From Batkoa obscura (lineage: Eukaryota), in assembly GCA_030770535.1 (NCBI GenBank), contig JASVEC010000017.1, forward strand, positions 744,001-808,000: 64,000 nt of DNA. Direction: 5' to 3'. Shown here one piece after another: positions 12,213 to 25,535 of the stretch. Position numbers and translations under genes: made by a program. How positions within the stretch are numbered: the first letter of the stretch is position 1; each line of letters opens with the position of its first letter. The notes below the pieces were generated by a model. The model had not been told where the DNA came from. It searched no databases and saw only the letters and a list, made by a program, of their open reading frames with translations.

Positions 12213-14195
12213 TTTTATATACAATTTGATATGATAGTATAAAACAGTTTTTTTTTTTTTGATAATCCATTTGATGAATTTTGATCTATTTATATACCCT
12301 TAAATTAAACCCTGCTATTTCTCTATCCATTGTATATTTTGAAATTTTATGTAGAATGGTGTAAATATTGTAAACCACTTATTTACTGTGTTATCAGATG
12401 ATAAGTTAGTTACTTATTTCTTCTAAATTAATCTAGTTGACTACTTTTAGTTGATTTAGTATTCTACCTAAAATTTAATAAATCACATAAAGCAACTGCT
12501 CACTTCATGATTGATCATATTTATATTTATTAAAAAAATGATATATATTCTTATTGATGGTTTGTAAATTATTTCATGTAGAATGCATGCAACAATACTA
12601 CATTTTTATATTAATTAAACTTTTATTTATTATTATCGCTTTATGATTCTTTCCTAAAAGTAACTAAACGTGTAGTTCTGTATGTTTAATATATAAAACC
12701 CCTTTTAGTTTGATAAAAAGCATAAATTTTTTTTATCTACCTTTAATAAAAAATCATATGTTTTCCGATAAGTAATTAACAATGACCCTTAATATTTGAT
12801 AAATACTATCCTTAAAGAAAAATGGTTTAACTTAGTATTTTTAGCAATCTGGTACCAACTATAATGACATTTATTATATTATTATGTAAAATCAGTTGAT
12901 TGATTGTTTTATCATTGTATGTGTAAATATTGTCATCTAAATTTTTATTCTTAATAAAGCAAAATATCTCCATTAATTTTATTAATGTTATTATAGAAAG
13001 TTTAATGATTTCATTAAAAAAGGTAGAGATTGTTTACTTTGAAAGAACTTTGAAAGAACATACCATTTATTTAATTTTAAAATAATTTAATAAATGATAT
13101 TATAATATTTATATATTATTGATGAAACCACCATAAACCGCTCTTGGGTTATTTCATATACAATAAATAATATTTAATTTAAAAATAATCTAAAGAGTAA
13201 CTTTTATGTATACTAATTGAATAATTTTTAAGGAATAATTAATAATTTATGCAAAAAAATTAGAATATGATCAACTTTAATAAACCTAATATTTTTTATA
13301 CATTCAATTAAACTCTATTTCTAAAAAGAGAATTTTTATTATTTAAGTTATTATATTCTTAACCCTAATACTATGATTCAGTGAGAGAAAGAGTTTTATT
13401 TTATTTATAATACAAAAAAACTCCATACTTCGACTTTATATAAGTTACTTTTAAAAGCAGTTTCTCTCTCAGTATATTTGAGTTACTTAAGTACTAACTC
13501 TTAATCTATTAATTTTTATTCCAGTTTATCTCCCTTTGACCCCCCTTTTTATTCTTTGCCCAAAGTTTAGTACACTTAAACAGTTTTACAATATTATTTT
13601 AAAAATAAATTATTGAATTTCATAGACTCGGGTTTACTACTCTTTTTTTTCAATAGTTGACTATAAATAAACATAAAATATTATGGAAATGTAAGCCATT
13701 GTGGAAGAACCTTTCCATACTTTGATTTATCTACTTTAAAGCTTCATCCTACTTTATTTTATTAGTTTATTACATTTTATTTTAAATGTAAAAATTAATG
13801 ACGATTTATAAATTTCATTTTATTGTAATCAAGTATAATAATAGGGCCTTTGACTTATAGCTAATATTTCAATAAACATCACGTACAATCTTTCGAAAAT
13901 AAAATATTGATAGAAAAAATATATCTTGTACTATTATTTACTAGTACTATCTACCAAAAAGAAACAATTCTGCATAATAATAATTGCTACCACTTATTTG
14001 ATATGTGAAGTTATACTTTTTTAATATAATATACTAGTTTTGCCTACTATAAATAATAGTAAGAAGTGATTTAATATTAAACAAGTGACTGTCCTTTAAA
14101 GTAAGTTTTATTGTATTTACAAATAATTTTAATTTACAATAATTTAAGTAAAATAATAAAGTATAACTTTCTAATGCTTTATTTCTTGATTGGCT

Positions 14196-15715
14196 TTAAA
14201 TGATATCAACCCTACTTACAAATTGAATATCCAAATCCTTTGGAAGTATAAATCCAGCGGTAGTAAGTAATGGCTTTTCCCATTGTTTTGAATTCTGACC
14301 CAGTTTAATTTGATATTTTTGTAATAGTAGTGAAAGCACAACCCTTTGTTCAATTAATGAAAAGTTAATCCCAATACCTAAAAAATGGTTAATTAAAGAA
14401 CAATAATAGCGATGCTCTTACATAATCTAGAGCCATAGCTAAATGGCATCCATGAATTAATTTGGTCACTATGTGGGTCCAAGAAGCGATCAGGATCAAA
14501 TTTTTCTGGGTCCGGAAAGTACTTTGAAGCATGGTGCAATCCCCAAAGATGGCAAGTAACATATGTTCCCTTTTTAACCAGCACCCCATTAGGGAGGATC
14601 TCATCCTTAACACAATAGCGTTTCAATGAGCTAACTGTAGTAATAGATCTCATGGTTTCTTTGATGAAGCAATTTAGATAAATAAGGCTTTTTTGCTGTT
14701 CATGAGATGGTGTACAGTTCCCACTATTACCTAAAATATTAATTAGTTCTTTATGAGCTTTTTCTTGGATTTCTGGATATTTCGCTAAAAAATAAACGGC
14801 AGAAGTAAGAGTATTTGCTGTAGTATCATGTCCTGCTAAAAAGAAAGCAGTCAAGTTATTTACTACTTCATCAATAGTTAAACTATCTTTAGTTGATCCC
14901 ATCATATTATTAAGCATTAAACTAACAAGATCGTCTTTACTATTTCCACTTTCAATTTCTTTCGCACGAACTGCAATAATATCAGCTAAAAATGAACGGA
15001 ACTCATCAATTTTATAGCGGTAATATTGACGTGATGGAACAATAGATTCTAATATAGGGAAAATAAAATATATTGGATTAAACAACCCTTTTAAGATTTC
15101 ATTATAAACTGTTATCATTTTCCCTTTTCCATTGTTTTTGACTGCCTCAAAATCAAAGCTAAATAAGCCTTTTCCTAAAACATCCAAAGTAAAGCGCTGG
15201 AAAAGACCATGTATCATTACTGGTTTATTACCATTCTCTCTAATTTTTTCAATAAGATCCTTACTACTATCGCTAAAAAATTCTACAGACCAACTTTTCT
15301 TAAATGCTGGATTGATAATACGACGGTGACGCTTCCATTCTTCGTTATCATTGGAAATGATATTAGAGATTCCAAAAAATTTACGTCCTAGTTGATTTTT
15401 TTTAAATACATGATCCTTTTTTTTCAAAAATATATCCGTATGATTAAAAATATGTTTAATGCTTAGCCCATCGCATACTATTACTTCCCATTTCCCCTGC
15501 TGCCAAACTATACCATACTTGCTTTTTTCCATTGCTGACTGGAATACCTTTTCATAACGAACATCAAATGGCTCTCCTTTAATAAGGGAAATAATAATAT
15601 TAATAAAAGAGATTTGAGGAACGCTCTTCAAGTGCTCAGGGATTTCGAACAACTTGTAGATTTTATGAGTTATAAATGATACTAATAATATAAAGCCAAT
15701 ATATATATACAACAT
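14196..15715 (-). CDS. Cytochrome P450, two exons (intron 14378-14421)
   Basis: N-terminal TM, AGHDTT, ETMR, PDRF; FSYGSRLC-IG restored by splicing a 44-nt GTAAG..TAG intron; exon 2 ends VSRVDII-stop. Confidence 0.92.
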
Positions 15716-16459
15716 TGATATTAAGCTAATATTTATAAAAGAAATTTAATTATAGAGATAATAATAAAGGAGCTTTTTATATTATTTTTATTTTACATCT
15801 TTTAAAAACTAATATTTTGTCTATTGGGTCAATTTAATAAAAAGAAACAAATAGAGCTTTGATATAATAATAAAATAGAATTACTTGAGTAAATCGGAAA
15901 CATTTTAAAAAACTATTACCCATTTATAAAAAATAAAATAGGCCAAAAAAGGAATATTTGAAAAAGTTATTAAATAGAAACTTCTTTTAAAACAATAAAA
16001 TCTGTTAATTAGGATTCAATGAAATGTAAGTCTGACTCTTTAAAATTGAATTATTTTAAAATATGGCTATATAATTAATGAATAGCAATATATTAGTTTT
16101 AAATTTTTAACAAAATAATTAAACATATTTTTTTAATACTTTAAAATTATTAGGCTGAAAGTTAATATTATATTTAAAGTATTCATCTATAGAAGATTAT
16201 AAATACCAAAATGATAGTAATTTAAATATTTAAAAATAATTTTATTTATTTGAAAAATAATAATTCATTGTAGATAATATTTTAATAAACTAATGTTTTC
16301 TTACCTTCTAGAACTTTAAAAGCTTCTAAATAGTATTAAAAAAAGACAAGCTATAAACAAACTCATTGCCGGTTTTTTTACATTTGTACAATATACCACT
16401 TTTTTGAATAAAACTTTAAAACACATAAAATATTTATTATTGATAAAAATAATTCGAAA

Positions 16460-16531
16460 GGGCCAAACCGGGAATTGAACCCGGGACCTCACCCACCCTA
16501 AGGGTGAATCATACCACTAGACCATTTGGCC
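16460..16531 (-). tRNA. tRNA-Pro (AGG)
   Basis: GGCCAAATGGTCTAGTGGTATGATT-CACCC-TTAGGGT-GGGTG-AGGTCCCGGGTTCAATTCCCGGTTTGGCCC folds as a cloverleaf; A and B boxes; T-run downstream. Confidence 0.96.
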
Positions 16532-16626
16532 GTCTCTAGTTGCTATATATTAAATTTTTAATTTATAAAGAGTTATATCAAATATTAAAAGGAATAAATA
16601 CCCTCGAAATTAGATTATCTTATTAG

Positions 16627-18751
16627 ATGAGATCTTTCAATCGGATCTTTAAGTTTGTTAATAAAACTTGGATTTTTAATAAAGATAATTTTAGTTATTT
16701 GAGTAGAAGAATGAGTGATATCAAAGGCATACTAAACAACAGCGATAAAGTTTGTGATATCAAGCCAAATGGAAGTATTGAGTCAGCTGCAGTTGATAAT
16801 AAAGTGGATAATGTAAATGAGGGTAAATCATTTCAAGTTATTTAAATAATTCTTAACTTTTTAGATACACAAATAAATAAAAAAGTAAAAATAGAAAGTA
16901 ATAAATTAGAGAACTCAAATAAAAAACAACCAAAGAAAAAGAAATTAAAGAAGCCAAAGCCAATGCCATCAGACTCAAATATATTGATGGATTTACATTC
17001 ATTAAATCCAAAGTTAATAGACTCAAAAAAGAATGAGGACTTTAACAAATCTTTATTTTATGAATATTTACCATTTGAGCGATTTACTGAGTATGAAGTT
17101 GAAATTGTTAAATTAGCATCTAATGGTAAAGTTGGCTATTTTTCGTTTAAACTTATCCTTAAACATCTTCAACTATAGGAACTGGTATTGGTGTTACTAA
17201 AGATGTTAAAGATTGGTTTATATTAGTTCCATTTACAACTATCGGCGACATTGTAAAAACTAGGGTGTTTTCCCACTGCAGGTAACTCATTTGATTATAT
17301 TTAATCTTTTAACCTTATATTAAAAAGGGGGTATTCCGAGGGAGATTTCATAGAGCTAATATCAAGAGGGAATAGCTCACTTAAACTAACTGAAGCTTCA
17401 TGTAAGTATTTTGGAACTTGTTCTGGTTGTCAATGGCAAAACTTTACATATGAAACACAGTTAGAATTAAAAGAAAATTTATTAAAGAGAGCTTTTCTTT
17501 ATGGATCAAGGCCACTTATGGAATTAATTTATTTTGACAAACCAGAGGAATCACCGTTAAAATTCAATTATAGAACGAAGTTAACACCTCATTTTGATAA
17601 GCCTAAAAATAGCACAAAGGAAGGGTCTGAGACTAAATGTGATGGAGTTGAGTTAAAAGCTGATATCGGATTCAACGAAAAAGGTAGAAGAAAAATTATG
17701 GATATTGAAGATTGTATTTTGGCTACTCCAGCTGTAAGTAATGGGTATAAACTGGAAAGAGAAAAAGTAAATAAACAGTTAGATAGTTATAAGCGTGGTG
17801 CAACATTAATTATAAGAGAGTCTTTGACCAAAGACGATAATGGCAATGAAATAGTGGATGTAGTCAATACTCATAAAGGAATTGTGACCCAACCTGTTGG
17901 TGATTTAAGGTTCAAGTACCCAAGTGGTAATATATCTTTAATTTATTATGTCTCAATGTTTAAATTTCAACTTTAGGTTCTTTCTTCCAAGTGAATGCTT
18001 CGATCTTACCAAGACTTACAGAATATGTAATGTCTGAATTTATTAATGCTCCATTAGCTCAAAAACCAAAATATTTATTAGATGTTTATTGTGGATCTGG
18101 ATTGTTTGCAGTTGCTTGTTCTTCTGCTTTTGAAAAAGTAGTTGGGGTAGATGTTAATGACCAATCAATTGCATTTGCATCTAAGAATGCTGAGTTAAAC
18201 AATATCGATAACTGTTCGTTTAAATTAGGCGAAGCTGAAGTCATTTTTAAAGGGTTGGAATTTAATGGAGATGAAACAGCAGTCATCATTGATCCTCCAA
18301 GGAAAGGATGCAGTGAAGAGTAATTTCATTTTTATATAGTATTAAATTATTCTAACTTATGTTTAGTTTTATTAAACAATTAATCGACTTTGCACCCTCA
18401 AGTATTGTTTATGTATCCTGTAATCCATTTACACAGGCACGTGATCTCCAAATGTTACTTGATTTGACTGGAGGAAATGGAAGTCAAGCAAACATGCCAA
18501 AAATAAATTCAGTTGAAAACATCAGGGAGATTTGTCCAGAATTCATTTCACCTTTAGAAGCAGAAAAGAACTGGGAAAGTTTTACACAAGAAAGCGATAA
18601 AGAAGTGGTTAAACAATACACGTCTTATGTTAGGGGCGAGGCCAAAAAAACGAGCTTTACATATAAAATAGTGAAAGTTAAACCCTTTGATATGTTTCCT
18701 CAGACAATGCACATCGAATCGCTTTTAACCCTCGTTAAAGTTCCTTTATGA
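16627..18751 (+). CDS. TRM2: tRNA (uracil-54-C5)-methyltransferase, multi-exon
   Basis: CKYFGTCSGCQWQ, FNYRTKLTPHF, SFFQVN, LDVYCGSGLF, IDPPRKG, YVSCNP, FDMFPQTMHIE; about 5 short introns. Confidence 0.92.
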
Positions 18752-18859
18752 ATAGATTTTATTTTTGATTTGGTATAAATATAAATATAAATATATTAAT
18801 ATAAAATCGAAAAGTAATAAATAAAATAGAATACTTTATATTTTTTGAATGTTTTTTAT

Positions 18860-19311
18860 TGCAGTTATGATTTCAATCTTTTGGGTTTGATTGTCATGTT
18901 GGTTTAGTTCTTCCAATTTAGATATCTAATTTTCTCTTACTATTTTATAAATTGTGCAAGTGGTACTTGACAAGTACACTCCGTGCGGGAAGCCATTGTT
19001 TAACATATACTCATGTAATGTTTTTCGTGCACATCTTTCTTGTGGTTTGAGGATTATCACGGCTATATTTTATAGCAATAGTTGGGTTATTGGGTGGTGT
19101 GATTACTTCTAGAAACATGCTAGGAGTTAGCAGGTCCCGTTATTCTTTCCGAACTGTTCATAGCTTATATTTCGCGATGGGTTGACCCAAAACACAGGTC
19201 AGTAGAATAGTCATACTTGTCCCATTTGCCTATTAAGATAAGGATTATACATACAAATATATAAACTTCCTTGTCTGATTTGCTAGTCAATGCATCGTAA
19301 AGCGCCATCAT
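18860..19311 (-). pseudogene. Decayed gene of unknown family, copy 1
   Basis: interrupted frames that align at protein level with 19750-20150; identical tactattttataaattgt and tagaatagtcat in both. Confidence 0.4.
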
Positions 19312-19749
19312 ATATATATCAAGTTATGGCTCAATTGTTTAAACAAACAAAAAAGAATTGATAAGAATTCTTTATTGGCTTTTTATAGTTGATTAAATGC
19401 TTAGCATTCAATCTAAGGTAAGTGTTTTACTTAAGTTAGACAAACTTAATAATTTGGGGATTGAGATCTAACTGTATAATAAGGTTATGTATACAAAAAA
19501 GTTAGTATCAAATCAAACTAAAGATAAAGAAACAGTTAAATGATATGGATCTAATATTAAAATTATATCTAAATGAATTTTATATAAAATTGCAAAGCGG
19601 CCTTTTGATATATTTCCAGAAGCAATTTGATGTACATTGCTTCTAACTTTTAGCTTAAATTTTTACAGAAATACTTATATATTAAGATAAAGCACAAAAA
19701 GTATTAAAATATAATGGAACAAGTTTTTTAAATGTCTTTTATTGAATTT

Positions 19750-20150
19750 TCTAATTAAATTGACTTATTTATTCTATATCAACTATTTTATTTTCCATAC
19801 TATTTTATAAATTGTATAGGCATTATTTAAAAAACACATATCATATAAGTTGTCATATAACATGAGCCCATGCAATGCACTTATAGCCAATCCTTTTATG
19901 ATTTCGAGGTTTTCTTAGCTGCATTTCAGAGTTATAGCTGGTTAACCACTTGGTGATATTATATTTGCAATTAAATCTAGAAGACTTTTTACTCATTCTG
20001 GATCACCCATAACCTCTATTTCAGAACAGCCAAACGGAGTTTTATGATTGATAGAATAGTCATGGCGCACGTCTTTACCTGCTAATGTAAGGATTAGATG
20101 TGGAAAAATAATGATACTTAATTCTGATTCTCTAAGTAAATCATCATAAA
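19750..20150 (-). pseudogene. Decayed gene of unknown family, copy 2
   Basis: IANIISPSG*PAITLKCS*ENLEIIKGLAISALHGLML..YTIYKIV aligns with copy 1 FLEVITPPNNPTIAIKYSRDNPQ..LHEYML..CTIYKIV. Confidence 0.4.
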
Positions 20151-20669
20151 CTTAGAAACACTTGAAAGAATTCTTAATCTCACATTTAAAAAATAAAATA
20201 CTATAAATTTTATACTTTTTTGTGGTCAAATAAATACTTATCATTTATTGATGTAGGTGGTTTTAACAAATTAAGATAAATTTAGTAAATTAGGAAATGG
20301 GCCTGTTTTTTAAGGAATTTTTGATAGAGGATATTGATCAGGTAGATTGTATCTTTTTTACTAGTATTAATTTTTATGAAACAAATCGGTGGTTAAATTT
20401 ATTACAAACCTTAGCCTTAATCTCTATAACCTAACTTTACTGAAAGTATGTGACAGCTAATTTCTAAATTTAAATAGCTATTATTGAAACTGGAATAAAA
20501 TTTTATCCAAAGTAAGAAGTTTTTTTGGAATGAAGAAAACTATCTAACCTGGTCATCACCTCCTACCAAATTTTGGTAATGATTCTGAGTTTTTACGTTG
20601 CGTAAAAAATGAATAAATAACAAAAATAAAAAAGATATCGCCAAATTAAAATTTACTTTTTTATCATCT

Positions 20670-23091
20670 ATGTCTATAAAAAAAATCAATAATAAAGGAA
20701 AGGAATTAAGTGACCAGTTGAAGTTAAACTGGATGCCTGAAAAGGATTGTGAGCTCAATGAAGAAATACTAGCAGATCTATTATTTAATTGGCATACGCT
20801 AAATTCCAGCCAAAAGACTAGGCTTTTTAATTATTTTTTGATTAACCATGGAGCTGAGTCAGGACCAAATTTTAAGGAAATCCCAAGACTAGTATATAGC
20901 TTTCAATTGCTTTTCAATATTGCTAACCTTGCTTTTAGTATGAGCAAAATTTAGCTTTAGATAGAAACAAAGCTGTAATTTCGTTTCATAATTTGGTCGC
21001 TGGGTTTTCTGCGCATAGCACACCTAAATTATACAACTTATCTACAAATAATGGTAGTGCTAAAGCAAATGCCTCAAAATTAAAGGATAAAAGTAGATCT
21101 ATTAAATCTATCATCAAATTAATTATAACCTATTGATAGTAGGTAAACTGAATAAAAACAACGGGGAGTTACAGACCTTTTCCTACTTATGCGAAGAACA
21201 GAGAGCGGAGCTGCTTAAAGAGGATCCAGGTTTACAATTAAATAAAATAGAACATTTTGTTTACAAACAACATGAGGATAGCAATGGCTCTAACTCAGTT
21301 ATAGCAAATAAACAAAGACAGAGCTTCAAACCATTAAGTAATAATCACACATTTAATAGTTGCAAAAATAGTTTTAATTTTTACAGCTGAGGCAAGTAAT
21401 TCAAGACAAAGTTCTACAGGTGATTCAAAAAAGAAGGATTTATTTACTTCCGATGTTAATAGCCCATTTCCAAAAATTCAAACTGAAAATCACATGAACC
21501 AAAGTAAATTCCTAATTTATTTATTAATATTATTTAATTTAGCATAAATAGATGCGACTAAATCTGCTCACAACGTTATTACTCAAGGTCCTGCAAGTTT
21601 TTTAAGGGATAGGAGTTTAATCACTCCTAAAAAAGCTATGTTTGAAAAGCAACAAAGAGGTGTTCATATGATGAGCCAAAGTAGATTATACCACTTCCAA
21701 TATCACTGCTTTATTAACATAAATAGCTGTTATTAGGCCACCTATTGATTCTATACCCGGAACCTTTATACGTGAGCTGCCTACAGGTATATTGTTATTT
21801 TTGGTTTTTATATATTTTGAATTAAACTGGAGGCCGAAATGGATCAAAAACAGTTGGGATTTGTTTATTTTAAAATGAAATGTATATGATTAACTTATTC
21901 AATAGCAGTTCAAAGCTATTCAGCTTCAAATGCCAATGTAAACAGATTGGGTTCCAGCAAAGATAGTTATAATAAAAAAGAAGTGACGGTGCTTGATGAC
22001 GTGGGTTTAAGGAAATTGATGGATCAAGGTAACATTTATTTTAAGCTTAAATTTTCATACTAACTTTAGGTAGTATCACAACAAAATAAGGAATATAAAA
22101 GAAGTGCACTAAGAGAACAAAAAGAAAAAGAAAGAGAATGGGCTTTGGTTGAAAAAAGTATTTTTTTTTAAAGAATGAAGTTTGATAATTAAAAACAAAT
22201 AGTGCGTAATAAAGGGATGAATCGTGCTATTAAGAGGAAAAAACCACTTATTTATCGATCACCCACTTCACCTAAGCTGATGAGATTTACTCCAAGAGTA
22301 GCTAATCATGTTAGAGTAATAAGGGGGATATTTAGAAAGAAAGAGGTGAAACGGCCTAATCAATTAAATGAGCAGGGTAGCAATTATCCAGTAATTAAGA
22401 GATGATCATTAACATTCATGTTTATAGCAAAAGAAAAAGAATTATCGTCATCTGGTAGTAATCATAAACTTAACGGGAATCCTCGAGGGATGCTAAGACT
22501 AAAAGGTAATTTAGCTCGTACTTCAACTATCTAATCCAAATTGTTTTTAGTCGACGATGGGATGAATTTCTTACGTATGAGCCAAGCTGATGGTATTCCT
22601 GATAATCAAGGTAAATGATTGCAAACTAAAATAATGAAGTTTTATTAACCCAATTGCGTAGATGTTGTAGAAGCAGGTGAATTAGAGCAGGAGGATAAAG
22701 TAAACAATAACAACAATAATTCCAATAGTTTAAATTCAAACTTACCATTATTTTAGGAAAAGGAAGTACTTGAAATCATCAATAACTCTTGCATAATTTC
22801 TGATGATGATTATCAATTTATTATTGATTGTTTAAATGGAAAAGGAGAAAGTAACTTAGTATTATAATAACAAAAAATAACATTAGCTTAAATTAATTAG
22901 TGGAAGGCCATGAAGTTATATCTGTTAGCTCGGTTACGACTAGCAACCCCATTAGAATTATAATTCAAGAAAGAGCAGATGAAGAAGGTGTATCTGAAAG
23001 AATTACTCACACAATCTTTGTTGCTTTTTTAAAAGATGATGGTACTATGGGTTGGAATATCACTCACGAATCTTTTTTAAACAAGGATTAG
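20670..23091 (+). CDS. Multi-exon gene; product resembles negative elongation factor A (NELF-A)
   Basis: more than 10 GT-AG introns; N-terminal NWMP..WHTLNSSQKTRLF, ALDRNKAV, FSYL..EHFVYK, central KKEVTVLD and a C-terminal domain occur in NELF-A order (gene certain, identity by eye). Confidence 0.6.
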
Positions 23092-23304
23092 CTTTATAAT
23101 ACTTGTTTTATTGCATATTGAATATTTTGAGTTATTTTTATTAGGTTAAATAAAATATACAACTATTATGCTTAACGAAACATTTTAATAATTTTAATAA
23201 TAATAAATTTGAGAGTTGTGATTGGCTAAAAATAAAACAAAAACAGAATATTACAATTTATAGTTTACTCATTTTATCGTCAATTTTAAATAACGTACAA
23301 AAAG

Positions 23305-23992
23305 ATGGAAGACTATGAAGAAAATTACGAACCAATGAGTAAGGAGCAGGTGGATCAAGTGATTGAAATGTATCAAAACGTCATCTATAATGAATTAAGG
23401 CCTGTGTTGGAAGTTAAAATAAAAGAGAGGGAAGAGATTTATAATGAAAATAGTGAATAGTAAGGCTTGAAAAATAAGTAATAAAATCAAGTTTAACAGT
23501 TTTTAGTATAAAATTAAAGTCAACAATCGAAGCAATGAGGATCTCAAAACAAAAAGAGATTAAGTCCAAAGTTGAATTGGGTTGTGGGGTGTTTGCTCAG
23601 GCCAATATGTAGGGTTTAAATTAGTTATAATAGTTAGATTTATTTAAATGGAATCTTAATTTAGAACTGATACTCGCTATATTTATATCAATGTTGGATT
23701 GGGCAATCATGTACAATTTACTTTATTAGAAGCACTTAAATTTATTGATAAAAGGATGGATTTGTTGAAAAAGTAAGCACACTTTTTATTTAAATGAATT
23801 ATAAGCACTTCACAAAACTGGTTTGATTAAATTTACCAATTTTTCATAGGAAAGGTGATAAAGCAACCAAAAAAGTTTCTGAACTCAGGGCAAGGATTCA
23901 AACAGTAAAATCATTGTGATTTATTATGATATTTTATTAACTATTTTTAGATCGTTGATACTTTACAAACACTCATGGAAACTAGTCAGTAA
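23305..23992 (+). CDS. UXT: Alpha-prefoldin-like UXT, 5 exons
   Basis: spliced product ..NELRPVLE..KVELGCGVFAQANITDTRYIYINVGLGNHVQFTLLEALKFIDKR..; missing from the ORF track. Confidence 0.8.
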
Positions 23993-24333
23993 AATAGTTT
24001 ATTTTAGGAATTTAAAATACTTTTATTTTAAAGGTTTTAATATATAAACTTAAAATAACATTATTACCTTACAATGTTGCTTTTTATATGCTATTGAAAT
24101 GAGTATTTTTTTAAAAGTGAGATTATTTAATAAAGTTAAAAATAGAACAAAAAGGTACAATATATTATAATTTTAAAAATTTAGTTTTAGTTTATTTATT
24201 ACATTTAAAATCGATGTTCTTTATTATTTTATAAAACAGTTTTGTTTATGAATACGGTAGAAGTTAGTCAATAATAATTACTCTTTAAAATCAAGTAACT
24301 ACTTGAAGTCGTTAAATAAAACCTTACTCATTT

Positions 24334-25535
24334 TTAAGCTCTAGCGAAATTAAGAGAGTCTTCAATACCTTGGGCATTGCTAAAACGTTCACCAGCTAAC
24401 GCATAAAACTTCTTAAGCTCAAGCTCTGAAATTGGATAAGAGTGCATTTGTTTTTCAGAAGGATCAGGGAAGGTAGCAGTTTTAACTTCTTTAGCATAAT
24501 CATCTAAAGCTTTTATTGCATCGTTGCCTATTGTTCCATACTGCTTACAGAACTTTGGTACAAATTTATCATAGATCCCCAGCATATCCATCATCACCAA
24601 CACTTGCCCTGAACATCCAACACCACTACCAATACCAATGGTTGGAATACTTAATTGTTGGGTTATAAAAGCTGCTATTGGTGCTGGGATACATTCTAAA
24701 ACAATTGACATACAGCCTGCTTCTTGTAATGCTAAAGCGTCTTCAACAAGTCTCAATGCCTTATAAACAGTTAGCCAAAACAAAATAAAAATTTAAGCGT
24801 TACTTGGTCTGCTGACTTTCCTTGGACTCTGAACCCTCCTAACATAACCTGGCGTTGTGGGGTAAGTCCGACGTGACCAACAACTGGAATACCACTTTCA
24901 GTAATGGCATGAACCACTTCACACTGCTCAGCACCACCTTCTAACTTAACTGCCTAAATAATAGTTAGTTTTAACACTTTGATTGGGCTTAAAGCTCTTA
25001 CCTCCGCTTTCCCTTCTTTTATCAACCTAACCGCATTTTCTAAACCTAAAAGTGGTCTCCTCTCATAGCTACCAAAAGGTAAGTCAGTTACCAAAAAGGG
25101 AGATTTTACTGCTCTAGATACTGCAGCTGTATGATGGATCATTGTTTCCATGGTTACTGGAGAGGTGGAGTCATACCCTAAAGCTACCATACCTAAAGAG
25201 TCTCCTACCAAGCACATATCTTGGTCACTGTTTTCAACCCACAAACCTGTTGGGTAGTCGTGAGCAGTCATCATCGTGATTGGAGTCTTGTTCTTGTAAA
25301 GTTTTTGGATTGTCTTGATTGTTACTTTCTTTCTTGGGGCAATGGCATCTAAGTTATAAAAAAGTATTAGATATCTCAAAGAAATGTTCAATTACTTTTG
25401 GTTACCTTTACTATTTCCATTTGGATCCGGTTGTGAAGAATAGTACCTGTTACATATTATGTGTGGGTAGATTGGCTGTGTTTTAATACATTGAGCCTTG
25501 TACACTTGATTAATCACTTTAAAATAGTTACGCAT
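24334..25535 (-). CDS. panB: 3-methyl-2-oxobutanoate hydroxymethyltransferase (mitochondrial), 4 exons
   Basis: [47 protein letters not shown]-terminal presequence-like exon. Confidence 0.94.
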
